Assembly: GCF_009914755.1 (NCBI RefSeq)
Contig: NC_060943.1
Origin: the human T2T-CHM13v2.0 reference genome, Homo sapiens
Reading direction: 5' to 3' (one strand)
Length of the DNA stretch: 64,000 nucleotides
The position numbers and the translations under genes were made by a program. This document shows positions 41,573 through 56,955 of this stretch, piece after piece. The notes beneath the pieces are model-generated. The model saw nothing but the letters and a program-made list of their open reading frames with translations, had not been told where the DNA came from and ran no database searches. Position 1 is the stretch's first letter. The number at the start of each line of letters is the position of its first letter.

Positions 41573-44500
41573 TTCAAACTCACAAAAGCAAAGAATGGTG
41601 TTTGCCAGGTACTGGGGATGGGGGAGCAAAATGAGATGTTGCTCAAAGTAAACAAAGTTTGGTAGACAGCATGAGTAAGTTCTGCAGAGCTATTGCACCG
41701 AATGTACAATAATAATGTATACTTGGAAACTGCTAAGAGAATAGATCTTAAATGTTCTCACTGCAAAAAATGTGCTAGCTTGATTTAATATTTTCACAAT
41801 GTATACTGTATCAAAACATCACATTGTACACTGTAAAGATATATAATTTTATTTGTCAATTATACCTTAATAAAATTGGCAGGGAGGGATGGGTGCAAGA
41901 AATAAAGGATATGAGCAAGAAATGAAAGGCATCTGTGCTGGGCTCGACTTTTCCAATGTATTCACTTGACACATCGGTGACAGTCTCATGTTCTGACTTT
42001 TCTGACACTGTAGTCTGGAAAAAACTATCCCCTATATGCAACACAGCCATTAAAACACACACACAGACACACATACACACACACACACACGCAGAGGAAC
42101 TTAATACAGTAATATTCAATATCACCAACTTTGCCTGTTACCATGGTAACCAGCAGCATTAAGTCCTGCTGCTAAAATTTCAAGAGCAGATGACATGAAC
42201 TATTTATGTATAATTGCATTTTATAAAGAGAAAGAACTTGTCTTTCATATAAAATATGACTCAGTCTCAGATGAGATGGGTGATTATATCACATTGCCGT
42301 CAGAACAAATGTAGCAAGTCCCTTGTCTCCACGCCCTCTACCCCAGTGCATGTTACTTCCATATGCAAGTGGAAAGCAAGATGGCAAACAAGGGTTAGCC
42401 TCCCACAGAAAGTGCCTGCCCTGATTTGAGCTGGCGTCACTGCAAAGACGCTCAGGGTTCAAGTATTCACTTCTCCAAATTGAGTTAAGGGGTTCTTTTT
42501 CATTTCTACTCTTACAAGCTTGTGCACCTGCTGTCTGTCCCCTGTGGTTGGCTTGTCTTGAGCCACAGCCACTTGTATAAGTCATCAGCATGGAGTGGAC
42601 ATAGACCAGGTCAAAAGCCTTCATCTTGTAGATAGAGATTGAGAGGGGTCATAACTAGATGTTTCTGGAGACAGGGTTGTGCTCAGTAGTGGCATCCATT
42701 CGCCAGCAATAGCACAGGCCTAAACTAGTTCAGCATTGGATCATGTTGATTTTTCCCTCATCCGGGGATTTTCTGCAGACATTCTAATGTCAATTTCGCA
42801 GACCATCATCCTTCCTGAGCCAAGCTATCAAGGAACAAAAAGAGTAGGTGTTACCTATGTGGTGACAGCTCCCACCCTTGAGCACTGAGCCTTGTTCCTG
42901 AGCATTGCAGCACTGTTCACAGCCAAGTGAACCGTCTTCAAGAAGCCTTCGTCACTCATGTGTTCAGGACCAGGAAAAAAGCTTATTCAATAACTAAGTA
43001 AGGTTATGTGATTATCTCTTTAATCATATCTTTAATAAGTTTTCTGGGAATGGTAGAGGTTTTAAATGAGAACGTATTCAACCAAATAACGTTGAGCTCC
43101 TTAAGGGAAGAAACAAATTCCATGTTTTATTCAAGGTGTGATTCCAATTCTGGGTACAGAGACCCCCACAAAAACGGCTCTGCTCTAATGTTTGTGGGAT
43201 GGGTGGGAAGATGGACAACGCATGGATGAAAATTCCCAAACAGGAAAATATATCTTGAATGAAAGAATGAACGAAAATACTGGTTTTAGAAAGGAGGGAC
43301 GGATGGAGAGATTATCAGGGCAGGGAAGATCCCGAAGGAAATGAGCAGGCTTTGCTGAAAGAGTTTCTTGGGCATGGGAAAGACCCAGATGGGGTTGGCC
43401 TGCCATTTACCCCTCTGCAGGAAATTCCTCCAGGCCACACCCCACCTTCTCTGATTTTCTCAGCTGCCGAACCTTGATTGAGCTGTGTTCCCTGTTACAA
43501 TGCCAGAATTGAAAAAGAGAAAACAAATGAGAAAATAAATCACGATAATTTCCCCTGCCTTAACAAGACACTTGCATTCACGTACTGTGTGCCTAAGAAG
43601 GGCAGTTACCAGTGCAGTTCTGTAGTGAAAAGGTTTCTTGAGCCAGAGAAAGACCCAGAAATGGATCCTTGGTGGCCATCTGGACAAAGCCCTTAATCAG
43701 TCACCTATGATGCCCACTTGCTAGTCCTGCATCCAGGTTCATGGGAAGTCTGCAGCCATGACAGGCTCTGCCTGGGGTTGGCCCTCCACCAAAGAGCCTC
43801 CGGTCCCTGCCTCTTGGGGCACAGACCCCTACTGCCCCCAGCCTACTGACCTGCCCCAGGCCCCTGCAGTCTTTATCATCACCGCATCGTGCAGTTTGGG
43901 TGGCATCTGGTTCTAAAATGTTCCCAGGCTTCTGCCTTGCTTCTCAGGTGCACCAGTCTTTTCACACATGGGTGGGCTTCTCTGAAGCTGCTGCAGTTAC
44001 TCCCAGTGGCCAAATCATTTCTTACTTCCCTTAATAAACAAGGCAACAGGGTTTTGATGAAAGAGTTTCTTCTTTGGAGGGCAGAACAGCTTCCTTGCCT
44101 TGATTAAAATGTTTGCCAGCTGTTTCTCATTCTGGTCTCAAGGTGGCTTAAATCTTCAGGAAAGTCAGACACTTCACTCACTGGTAATTATTTTTCCTTA
44201 TTAAAAATCTATTTGCCTCCATGTGACCAACATGCTACTCTCCATCATGATGTTGAGCCATTCCCACCTCTTCCATCCATCTCCACTCCAATTTGGTTTT
44301 ATCATCTGATCCCACCAGGTAAGAGAAAGCAATTAGCCCTCTGCCCTTGAAGTTTGACCCCGACAAGATTAATCCGGTTCCTCGGAGTGTCTGAGGACCT
44401 GGTGAAAACAAGCAGGGCCTTTTGTCAGGTCTCTCCTCACACCTGTGAAGGTCTCTGTTCATGACTATGGGGCATGACAGCATTCACAGCACAAAACACT

Positions 44501-47500
44501 TCATCAACATTCTAAGTATACCCTTGCAGCTCAAAATTGTCAGCACTTGAAGGTTTTCCTCTTCAGAGATGGTCTTATCACAACAGCACTGTGTGGTCAT
44601 TCTCCTGAGTGCTGCTGCCCTGCAGATAGGTCCAAAGCCCAACTTGCAGAGTCACTTCTTCACGTTGCGGCCCAAGATGCACAGGACTTCTGAGGTGCTG
44701 AGGTTGAGGAAAGACCGGATACAAGAACACCTCAAGAATTTTGTACCCAGAGGGCAGAGCCCAGACATAAATGTTTTAAAAGAAAGACGATTTTCCATGA
44801 TCTTGGAAATTTCTAGGTCAGACTGCTTTCACACCTATTTTGGAAAAGGGGCCTACTCCATCCCTGCATCAACCATAGCAAAGAAAGTCAACAAAGACCA
44901 AAAATATATCTGAATGAATGGGTTTTCATTCATTCTTTCAACAATTTATTGGTTGATTACTCTGCATCAGGCAAGGTTCTAGATGAAGGCACTAGAGCCT
45001 CTATTTAATCTGAATTTATCTTTTCAATACATGAGCCAAATTCTGCTGACTGGGAAGCACTAATGAGACAATTAAACAGAAGTCTAATCTAGAGTGACTG
45101 GGGCGGTGCTGGTTCACTTTGTTTAATCAGGGCAGGCTCTTTAAGGAAGCCCTTGAAGGCATACATGGGAGAGCCTGCTCTCCCTTGCTGGGCCTGGCCA
45201 CCTCTACCCCATCCTCCTCTAAAAACAGCGTTTTCAAGATCAAAGAGGCTAAACTGACACCACTGTCAAAATCTAATTAAAACCTCTCTTCTTCTAGTAA
45301 AGATGTTAACACTGGATAAAGCAGATCTTCATCCCCAACAAAAAAAGAACTTGTTTTAATTAAACATCCAATTTTAAGTTGGTTTTATTGCTATTGTTGT
45401 GTTTTTGTTTCCATTTGTGCCAGACAGAGGACAGGAAGACTGTAATCTCTTACAAAACATACGAACATATGTCCTAGATGGCAAGATCCCTAGGCATCTT
45501 CCTCTGAAGTCCTCAGTCGCACTCTCACTCACAGACATCTGCTGGGGTGGAGGGACTGTCAAAAACTTTTTCAGGTAATCTGGTGAGATGTATTCAAAGA
45601 CTTAAAAGTGTATCTTTTTTTTTTTTTGCACTTGTCTTTAATTATTTCCTTAATCTCTGGAAATGGAATTTATCTGCAGTGAGGTTCATTATAGTGCCAT
45701 TTGCAAAGCTGAAAGGCTGGCAACAACCTAACTGTCCAGCCACAGGGGATAATGACGCATTCATCTACTGGGGCATGGGGCACGAGCCCATGAGAAGGTG
45801 ACATGATTTACAAGAAATCTAGAATGTGCTGTTGAGTGAAATGGTATGGACCAGTATGATCGCATTGTCATTGATTTTTACCTGTACATTCATAAGCTCG
45901 AAGAAATCCAGACAGTTAAATCTCAAAATATTCAGAGGAGTGACATTGTGGAAGATTTTTATTTTCTCAGCAACATTTTCTTATTTTACAAACATCACAT
46001 ATATGACTTGAGTAATTTTTTAAAGTTAATGTTTAAAAGAGAACAAAATAGTTGCCCAGAGTAACCCTGTCTTTTAAGTATACCTCCTACCCCAAAGTGG
46101 GCAGTAACTGGCTTGTCTGGCACCCATGGGTGATCTTGTCTAAGCTTGCTGCCCTGTTCTTAGGGTCGGGGGCTACCTGGGTATTAACTTGAGTCTGTGG
46201 ATTGCTGTGAAGTCATTGAGAAGGAACACAGGCCCTCCCAGAGTGCAGGCACACTTGACCATGCAGTGCCCACCCTGCCAGGACTCATGGGAGAACCAGC
46301 CATTCTGCTCAGCTCCCGGTTAGTCAGTCCCTTCCCCGCTCAATGTTTCCAAGCACCCACCCTCAGTGCATTTACTGAGAGTCCCCTGACCATCAGACAA
46401 GGACTGTCCACAGGCCGTGAGGGAGGGAGGGGCATCACCGAGGCTGCTGGGCCTGCTTTCACATTGCCTGTCCGTGGCATGGAGGTTCCTCCCTCCCTGA
46501 TCCACCCCTTGTTCCCCTGCCCATGTGAACGCTGGGATTGGGCCTGAGAAAGAAGGAAAATTGCTTCGGCTTCCAAGACTAGCCTTTCTCATGTTTGTCT
46601 TGAGTGTATTTCTGAGCAGAAAAACAAGCTTCACAAACCTCATGACTCACCTTCATGTTTTCTGTATGCTTCCCTCTCCCCTGCCTTGTCTCACTGATCC
46701 CTTGAGGCTCTCCCTCCCCAGCCCACATTTACTCCATAGCTTCCAGTAGAGTTTTTCAGGTTCCCTGCAAAGTGCAAATATACACACAATTCTGTGAGTC
46801 AGGCAGTATCTTAAAGAGGTTCCATCACACCCGAAGGTTTGGAGTCACTAGCCTGTTTGTGACATGTCTTCAAGGATGAACGAAAGATTTGAACTCTTCA
46901 GCCTTAAAATAATAAATAAAACCTGAAAATGAAAAACCTCACCAAATTAAGCTTCTGCCCATTTTAGAAAACAAGGGCAACCACGGAGGAGATGACTCAG
47001 TTCTTAAAGACAAGGTTACCCAAATGGGTGCATTGTGGGATCCAAGAAGGATGCTTCTGAGCTTGTTGAGCTCAGCATCAGCACAGACATCTAGCTAGTC
47101 CGAGAACTCAGATAGGGACCAGGCTCTGTCCTGGTGGGTTAAATCTTAAATCTCTATGTAGCCCATTACTATCAGCAAATGGATCTTTATTTAAGCTCTG
47201 ATCTTGTATTGTGTGTATATCCTTCTCCCCAGCTCTGAGCTCTCTGAGAGGACAGCCTACAGTTTTTCCATTTCTATCTCCAGGGCCTACTCCCAAAAGA
47301 TGAACCTTCAACTGTCTACATTGCACGTCTGGGCCTTCAGCATCGCTGATGCGCCAGCTGGCACCAGCTTCAGCAGCCCAGCGCATCTGCTGTGCTTGCA
47401 TCTGCCATGTCATCGTGGGGTCCTGGGCCCCTGAATGCAGTAGGCCAGCTTATGTGGTCCCATCCTCTGCATCTCTGTCTGCCTCTGCAGTGCAGACGGC

Positions 47501-47949
47501 TCTGAAGTCACACCAGCCTAACTTCCAGGCCCAGACCTCAGGGGGAGCCAGATTGCCATATCATTCCTGTATCCAGATCCAGATTTTTCCTGCTGCCTCT
47601 GTTCTTCCTAGGCCGCCCCTGTTATTCAGGCCATCTCGTCCCACTGCCAACATGAGCACCAAGAACTACATCATTCCATTGCTTTCAGCATTCCCTCCAT
47701 CAATGGTGGCACCGTACACAGCTGTGTCTGTGTAAAACAAGAGTTCCCCTACCTGAAGTATGTGGGGGGCCCTTTGCTGAAATATTTTAGCTCAGATTCT
47801 TTTAGAAGAAGTTTCACTCTTTTCCATGAGGACTTTTCTTTCATCCTCAGGCATCAAATGCCCGTTAGAAAGTTCTCAGTTTTGCCTGCATGTCAATGTT
47901 TCTAAACAGTCTCATTTTTATTCCTGTTGTTGTGAAATAAATGCCTTAA

Positions 47950-48096
47950 TGTCCCCCTTGCCCATACTGACTGTTACAATCTGCCTGGCCATGCCTCGAC
48001 CTTCCCAGATACCATGCACCTGTCCCCCTTGCCCATACTGACTGTTGCAATCTGCCTGGCCATGCCTCAACCTTCCCAGATACCATGCACCTGTCC
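47950..48096. repeat. Two-copy 71-bp tandem duplication
   Basis: tgtcccccttgcccatactgactgtt...ccatgcacc at 47950 and 48021; 2 mismatches; tgtcc at all three boundaries. Confidence 0.95.
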
Positions 48097-50097
48097 TACG
48101 CCATAATTAAAATTTACTGCAATCTTAGCTTTGTCATCTGGACCGTGCCATATAAAAAGAAAGGCACAACCTCAGAATGTTTTTCCTTCTAAATTGCTGT
48201 AAAATTATGAGTTATGTCAACTACAATAAAACTTCAATTATTCAGATGCACTAGGGGAACATGACCAAATTTTGAATGAGTGAAGCAGCTTTACAAAAAA
48301 GCAGAAGGTGCGTAAGGAAAGAAGCGAGATTTCAGAGCTTCTCATTTCTGCTACAGGACAATCAGCCTCGCGCTGCAGCAGAGGACACAAGGAACCCACC
48401 TCGGAGTAAATCAGAGAGCACACCACAAATCAGCTCCCCTGATAGGGTAAGGTGGAAATACACTACTGGAGGGAGGCCTCTCTCCTGTGCCCATGTGAGA
48501 TGTTGGCTATAAACCCCATCCTGGCCAGAGCAGTGATTTTCCACTAGGCAAATTTAAATGTGTGTTATTGTCTAGTATGTGAGATAACAAAATTGAAGAT
48601 AAACTTTCACTCACCAAAAACTTGCCATATCTCAAGTAGAGTGTCCTCCCTCTTTCTTGCCCACATCTCACCTTCATTCTAGTCATGGGTGCTTATAAAC
48701 CCTATTCTGTTAGAGACAGAAAGGGTTAACAAGCACCATGAGCCAACACAAGTTCAAGATATCATATACTTTTGATTGTCTGTTTTGAAAACGTTTATGC
48801 CGAGGGAAATGTTAAAGCAGGTGTCCGAATTAGAACAAGTGTCCATGTAATACAAGAAGATGGATTTTGGCTACCAAGAGCCACAAGAGCAGAGACGGAA
48901 CCAAAGGCAAGATGACGTGTCATGAGTTACAAGGAAGCAGAAGGCAAGCCACCCACATCTCCTTTAGTTCTTTAGGCATTTAATCAGCTAGAAAAGCTGG
49001 TGCCTGCTGCTCCACTCCCAGTGGCCTATCCATTATCACTAAAATAATAATGACAAATTGAGAAAGGCACAGAGGACAGGCAAATGTGAAGCCAAGTGTT
49101 GAAGACGGCAACAGGAGGTGACAGCCAGCAGCCCTCAAACACCAGAAGGAGCCAGTGTCGGCCTTGGGGGCCTCCTCCTCTGGAGAGCAAAGCCAGCTGT
49201 CTACATTCATAGCCCACCAGAAAGGGCAGATGAGACAAGGAGGGCTGCAGGACAGTGACAAAGAATTCAACCCCGGAGCTGCATCAGCCCTAAAGCAGCC
49301 TTGCCTCATTTCTGCCTGAGTAAGAGCAAGCCCTGGAATCACAGTGAAGGGATTACATTAGACAGGACCTACGTTAGACAGGAGCAGGGGCTCTGACACC
49401 TGGGCTTAGCTGGGAGCTAAGGGGGAGCTGCCCTCTGCAGGCTGGCTCACCAGACTCACCTGCAGAGTTGGCCACTCAAATGGCTATCTAGAGCCCAGCC
49501 TCCGCAGCTGTCCAGCAGTCCCCTGCTTTTGGGTTGCAGACTCTAGCACCCAAATTCCAGAATCCTCTCTTGTCTCATGAGCTCATAGGTTAAGGTACAG
49601 CCTGGTTTATTATCCTGCACAAAATCCTAATGACTTAAATTAAACAACAACAACAACAACAAAAAACAGAAAGGCCCACCAAGCACCCAGAACTCCCTGG
49701 AGCTCCAGCTTCTTATGTCCTAAATATCAAAACATCATCTTGTGACTTCATTATTCTCTGTGTTTCCATTCTTTCTATAATTCCCTTCCCAACAACCTTC
49801 ACCCAGGTAACTCCTGCTACTCCTGCTCTTCTGCAGAGACCACCTTGCATACCACCCCTCCTCTCCCGTTACATTAGAGGCCCAGTTGAGCATTTTATTT
49901 TACCTTTGGGACATTTATTCCTTTATTCACTCAGCAAATATTTATTGTGCATCTACTAGTCATAGGCACAGAGCTAGACAATGGGGATTCTGCCATGACC
50001 AAGAAAGAAACAAACAGTCCATGTCTTCTTGGAGCTTGCCATCTAAAGGGGAAGACATCATTAACAAGACAAAACAAACATCGTATGATAGCATATG

Positions 50098-50167
50098 ATG
50101 CTAGATAGCATATTAAATGCTAGATAGAAATTAAATGCTAGATAGCATATTAAATGCTAGATAGAAA
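50098..50167. repeat. Minisatellite of alternating 19/18-bp units (37-bp higher-order repeat)
   Basis: atgctagatagcatattaaatgctagatagaaa occurs at 50098 and 50135. Confidence 0.9.
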
Positions 50168-50989
50168 CAGCACACTGAGCTATGAGAAAACAGCACATGC
50201 TGGACCTGAGGTGAGGCCACTACAACTGAAGCACTACTGTAAACTTACACAGTTTTCCTTCCCAGTCCCACCACCTCCTGACAGGAAGCACTCTCCACAA
50301 GGCAGGGCCCCATGACCAGCAGCTCACACCACAGCACAGGGCACCAGGCACGATGAAGGGTCGGCGAGGGCAGGGGCTCTTCACCCAGAAGACTCTGAAC
50401 TCTGGCTTTCCTTCACCTTCCTCTGCACCCAGTTGCACAATTTGTTCCTCATAATTAATCCATTTGACAAGTGAGAAAACTATTTTCAAAGTAAACAAAA
50501 TAAATCAAAATGGTGCTAACTTCTCTCCCTAATGTCCTCCATCAATCATGGATGACTCGAGCTTTTTAAACAGAGAAACTGGGGCAGTGGAGGGAGTGAA
50601 AAAAGTTTTAAACTCAACTGTGCTCCCAACTCTATAACATTAAGATGCTGGAATTGATTTGTTGTTAAAAGGAGAGTTGCAAGTACTATCTATGCCTAGA
50701 AGGAGGAGGGAAAAAAATCAATAGTAAACCATGTAATTGGGAGAGGGGTGAAGTAGAAAAGGGTATATTCCCTACTGACTCAGAGAAAAACGCAACAAAG
50801 AGTCAAAACACCCTGATTTAATGCCTAACTTAAGGCTGCACAAGGCAGAGCGACAGTGCCAGGAAGATGTAGAAGAAGGAAGTGTTAACTTGAAATGACT
50901 CTCACCAGCCTCTAAGGGCAGGAGCTGAACTGTTTGCTGAAAACCAAAAATTCACAAAGGAATAGTGGGAAAAGAGGAAACAAGGATAG

Positions 50990-51519
<530 letters not shown>

Positions 51520-51564
51520 TGCTTAAGGTTTTGCCATTCAAATTAAAAATAAAGGCAGGCACAC

Positions 51565-52250
51565 TAGGATGGCTACAGTAAGAAATATGGACAATTGCCA
51601 GGTGTTGGCAAAGATGGGAAGAAATCAGTGGGAATGTAAACTGGTGCAATCTCTTTGGGAAACATTCTGGCAGTTCTTCCAAAAGCTAAACAGAGAATTC
51701 CCATATGATCCCAGCAATTCCACGCCTGGGTATAAACCCAAGAGAACTGAGAACATATGGCCAGAGAAAAACTTGTACATATATATTCATAGCAGCATTA
51801 TTCATAATAGCCAAAAAGTGGAAATAAACCAAATATCCATCAACAGGTGAATGGATAAACCAAATGTGGTACATGCACACAATGGAATATTCACATATAA
51901 AGAGGAATAATGCACTGATACATGCTACAATATGAAGGAACCTTAAAAAATGCTGAGACAGTAGCTGGACATAAAAGACAACATATTGTATGATTCCATT
52001 TATATGAAATGTCTAGAAGAGGCAAATCCATGGATACAGGAGTTGGCTTAGTAACTGTCAGGGCTGCAGGAAGGAGAGTGGAATGAGAATGACTGCTAGA
52101 AGTACAGGTTTCTTTTGGGGTGATCGACATGTTCTGGGATTAAACAGTGCTGATGACTGCACTCCTTTGTGAATATACTAAAAACCACTGGATTGAACAC
52201 TTTAAAAGAATTTTATGATATATGAACTACATTTTAATAAAAAGAAAATA
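51565..52250 (+). mobile_element. L1MB-type 3' fragment
   Basis: gggaatgtaaactggtgca, gcagcattattcataatagccaaaaagtggaaa, tgtatgattccatttatatgaaatgtc. Confidence 0.8.
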
Positions 52251-52505
52251 AGGGCAGAACACATATGGTAGGAGGTGGTTAACCTACTTGACAAATTTAT
52301 CTCATCATCATAAACAATACAGTAATCATTAATAAGATATCTATTTAATAAATCATGCCCAATTTAGCAACACCTTGAAGTAGATGGTTTGAGGTTAAGT
52401 ATTATGGCCCTGAAAATGGTAAAAATATTACTTTTGAAACATTTTGTAGTATCAAACTTTTAATAAATTCTATCTGGCTTCCAATAGCTATGTACATTAG
52501 GCAGG

Positions 52506-52892
52506 TATTATGGGCTGAACTGTCTCCCCCACAAAATTCTTATGTTGAAGTTATAACTCCCAGTACCTTAGAATGTGACTGTGTTTGGAGATAGGGCCTT
52601 TAATAAAGAGGTAACTACGTAAAATGAGGTCCTGTGGTTGGGCCCTAATCTGATACGAGTGGTGCCCTTCTAAGAAGAGATTAGGATGCAAACAGGAACA
52701 GGGGAAAGACTACGTAAAGGACAGGGAAAAGACGACATCTACAAGCCAGTAAGAGAGGCCTTGGGAGAAACCACCCTGTCAACACCTTGATCTCAGACTG
52801 CCAGCCTCCACGACTGTGAGAAAATAAACCTCTGTGGTTTAAGCCACCCAGTCTATGGTACTTTGTCATGACAACTCTAGGAAACTAATACA
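52506..52892 (+). mobile_element. MaLR solo LTR (MLT1B/C-like) with degenerate 5-bp TSD gcagg/gaagg
   Basis: tattatgggctgaactgt...aaactaataca. Confidence 0.85.
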
Positions 52893-53058
52893 GAAGGCGT
52901 TCATGTGTTAAATTCAGATTTAACTCTATATTTATTATATGCTGAAGCATATGATAGTGAACTAATAGAGTGAACTAACCATTACAAGAGCTATTCCATT
53001 TTCTAAAAGCCATCATTAAGCATTTAACTATAAGGGTCCACCGCCAAAGTAAAACATA

Positions 53059-53920
<862 letters not shown>

Positions 53921-56900
53921 TCATACTCCTACCAGTATAGCAGGATACCTCTTCCCACACAGGTTCTAAGAAAATAATCAGCTAAGTGTACAGTCATGCA
54001 TGGGTAAAAGTGTTTGTTTTAGCATGTGTATTGTTAAAATGTTTTATAATAGTGAAAATTTGCCTAATGTTCATCAAAGAGTAGATAAATAAATCAGAGT
54101 TCATCTATATATTGGAATACTAAACAACCGATAAAAACAATTAGGTAGATCCACACAAAAAAGTCCCTTCACTTAGAAGCATATTAAATTCCTAAGTGCT
54201 ATTAAAAATGTAACTGTTGGCCAGTGAAAATGATATTACACACCTGAGGACTTGCCACCTGTCAGTAGAAGGCAAAGCTGAACTGTGTTCTGTCCCAGCT
54301 TTATTTACATGGCTTTGTTCACGTGGCTGCAGTTCCCAGAGCAGTGCCTGGCACACAGTAGGTGCTCAATAAGTCTTAGATGGATGAATATCTAGGAAGA
54401 ACCATTAAATTTTAAGTTTTAAGAGGAAGTTCTGTAGTTCATATATCACAGACATTGCACTTTGTCAATAAGTAGAAAGAAGATTACAAACAATGTATCT
54501 GGAAAGCTGCCATTCTGAGAAATATAGACATATACATATGTAATATGTGCCAAGAAATAAGTCCGGAGACATACACATTAAAAAGTTAACAGTGATTATC
54601 TTTACATGGTGATATTATAAATGATTTAAAAATTTTCCTTTGCATGTTGTCTGAATTTTTCTTTTAACAATAAGCATAGACTACTTTTCTAATCAGGAAA
54701 AAATTGAAAAAGCAATAAAGCTATTTCCATGTAGAAAATAAATTCCTTTTATTATCTATAATTCAATTCTGAAGACTATTAATTGGGCATGCTAGATGCT
54801 TTCACTGATCTGCTTTGGTTGTTCTGAGTTCTAAATCCATTTAGTTCTCTAAAATAAACAACTTACTCAAAGAAATCCAAACCTGCTCAGAAAATACCAA
54901 CATTAGTAATGTCCAGCCACACCACAAGCACTGGTGGGCCACTGTTGGTCCAATTATTAAGAATCTGTCTGTTTTGGGTGCAATAAGCAATAGGCTCACT
55001 CAGTACCTATGAGGCACCAATAGTACCTGCTACTGACTAACTGGCCAAAGCCCCCAGAGTGTCATGAGAGGGGAGAAACCATCCAGTCAGTCAATAATCA
55101 CAGGTTAATGAAAGAACACTCCACCAGCTTGCTATCCCCGAAGACCAGAAAGCTGCTATGCTCTTCAGAACTCTTAACAAAAACGACAATGACAAAAATT
55201 GTTTTCCTTGACTCTCACCTTGAGAACAAAAGACTAAACCCAAGTACAATGACACAATAGAGTTTCTTGTATACTGTTTTCATTTCTCAGTGTCACTTCT
55301 GTTTTCTGTGACTCTTACTTTGGGAGTAAATAAGTCATTTCCTCCAGGATCCTGAACTGGTCATACATAAAATCTTCCCGGCAGGACAAGCCTCAGGTGG
55401 GCAGGGAGTCTGTGAAGTAGGGAGTCTCAATCCCATCTCCTTCAGAGGCCAGTGTGGCTCAAACTTGGGGACCTCACTCATCGAAGGGATATGAGGCGAG
55501 GGGTGCAGGTGGGTAGCCTGCGCCAGACCTAAGGGTCCCACTGCCTGTCAGCTCCTGACATGCCTGACTCAGGGTCCAGGAGCCACATCCTCCAGGCTTT
55601 AAGCAGACAATGGAAATTCTGATTTTTATGTAAACGCCTGTTTTTGTTCTCTTAGCCACTAATTAGATTTTTTAAACACTATGCAGTCCAAACCAAGAAC
55701 ATCTATGGGCCACCAGTATGCGACACCTGAGCATTTGACCTTGAGTTTGATACTGACTCCAGGCCTTTCTACTCCTGGCAAGTCACCTAAACAGAGGACA
55801 GGTCATTATCTGAGGACTTTTGGACTTGAATTCCCTTTTCATCTTTATTTCATGAGTTTCCTCATAAAACTCTGGGGGAGACGCCCCTCTTAAGACTCTG
55901 CTGTTGTTTGGAAATCACATCGATTACAACCCACAATCAATTTTCCCCTCTAGTCAACTGCAAAATAGGATTATAGGTCCTATTCCTAGAAAGGGTGCTT
56001 AGAAAACCATTAGCAGATGTTCACAACCTGCATTCCCCTACCCCACATTATCCTGGATTCCAACAAAGACAGGGGAGCCAGAGTAGCTCTGAAACCAGGC
56101 CTGCTGGAGCGGGAAGTGAATCACTTCCCTTCAGTGGCCCAAAAACCTGGCAAAGAGGAATGATGCCTTGGCCCCAACAGCCACTGCAGAGGCTGGCTCT
56201 TACCCCACTGGAAACCTTCGTGTCCCTCCCCTACATGCCTACCCCTCAGTCTGCTGCCCTGCCTCTCCTGCATTTCTCTCTACTCCAAAGGTTCCCGTGC
56301 AGAGGGCACGGAGGCAATCCAGACTCCCTCTCTGGCCAGCCCCCCAGGCTTCCAGGGCACTAAGGAGCAAACACAAATCTCCCTCTAAGCTAGAAGGACG
56401 GGGCAGGATGGGTCCACCCTGCCCATCCGTACTGGATTCGGTAGAAATGAAGTCCATGCACATGTGCCATCTTCCTTGTAGTAGTCCTCATAAAAGCTCT
56501 GAGAGAGGTTTCATGTCCTTTTTACAGAAAAGGAGATGGAGGCTTAGAGAGGTTACTTTAATAAGAGAGAGAGAAGCCTTCTTAGAGAAGGTGAACTTCC
56601 AACTAGCATCAGAAGTCCCGGCAAGAACTTGAGGGGCACACTGGGAGAACAGTGAGTTTCCCCAAACTTAGCTTTCCCAAAGCACCCCTACTAGAGCCCA
56701 CGAAGTCCTCAACACTCTAGCCACATGGGCTACCATGGGAGGCTCTAGGGAGTTTCGGCACAGAGGATAGGCTCCTTACACCACAACCAAAGACTTCAGA
56801 GCCGGATGAAAGGCATGATGGGAGAACACGGTCAGCCCCATAGCAGACGGTTGGAGATGACAGCCTGAAAACCAAAACAGCCCACAGGTGCTTAAAGAAC

Positions 56901-56955
56901 ACAGGCCCTGCCTAAAAAGAGTCCATTAGCCCTACTGCTCCTGTCCAGGTTACTT

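Noticed and set aside
42289-42624. 111-aa minus-strand ORF in unique DNA
   Set aside because: No recognisable homology, and the composition resembles translated non-coding sequence
55348-55396. 49-nt plus-strand exon candidate (tttcctccag|...cag|gtgggc)
   Set aside because: Weak donor, short pyrimidine tract and no recognisable peptide; expected by chance
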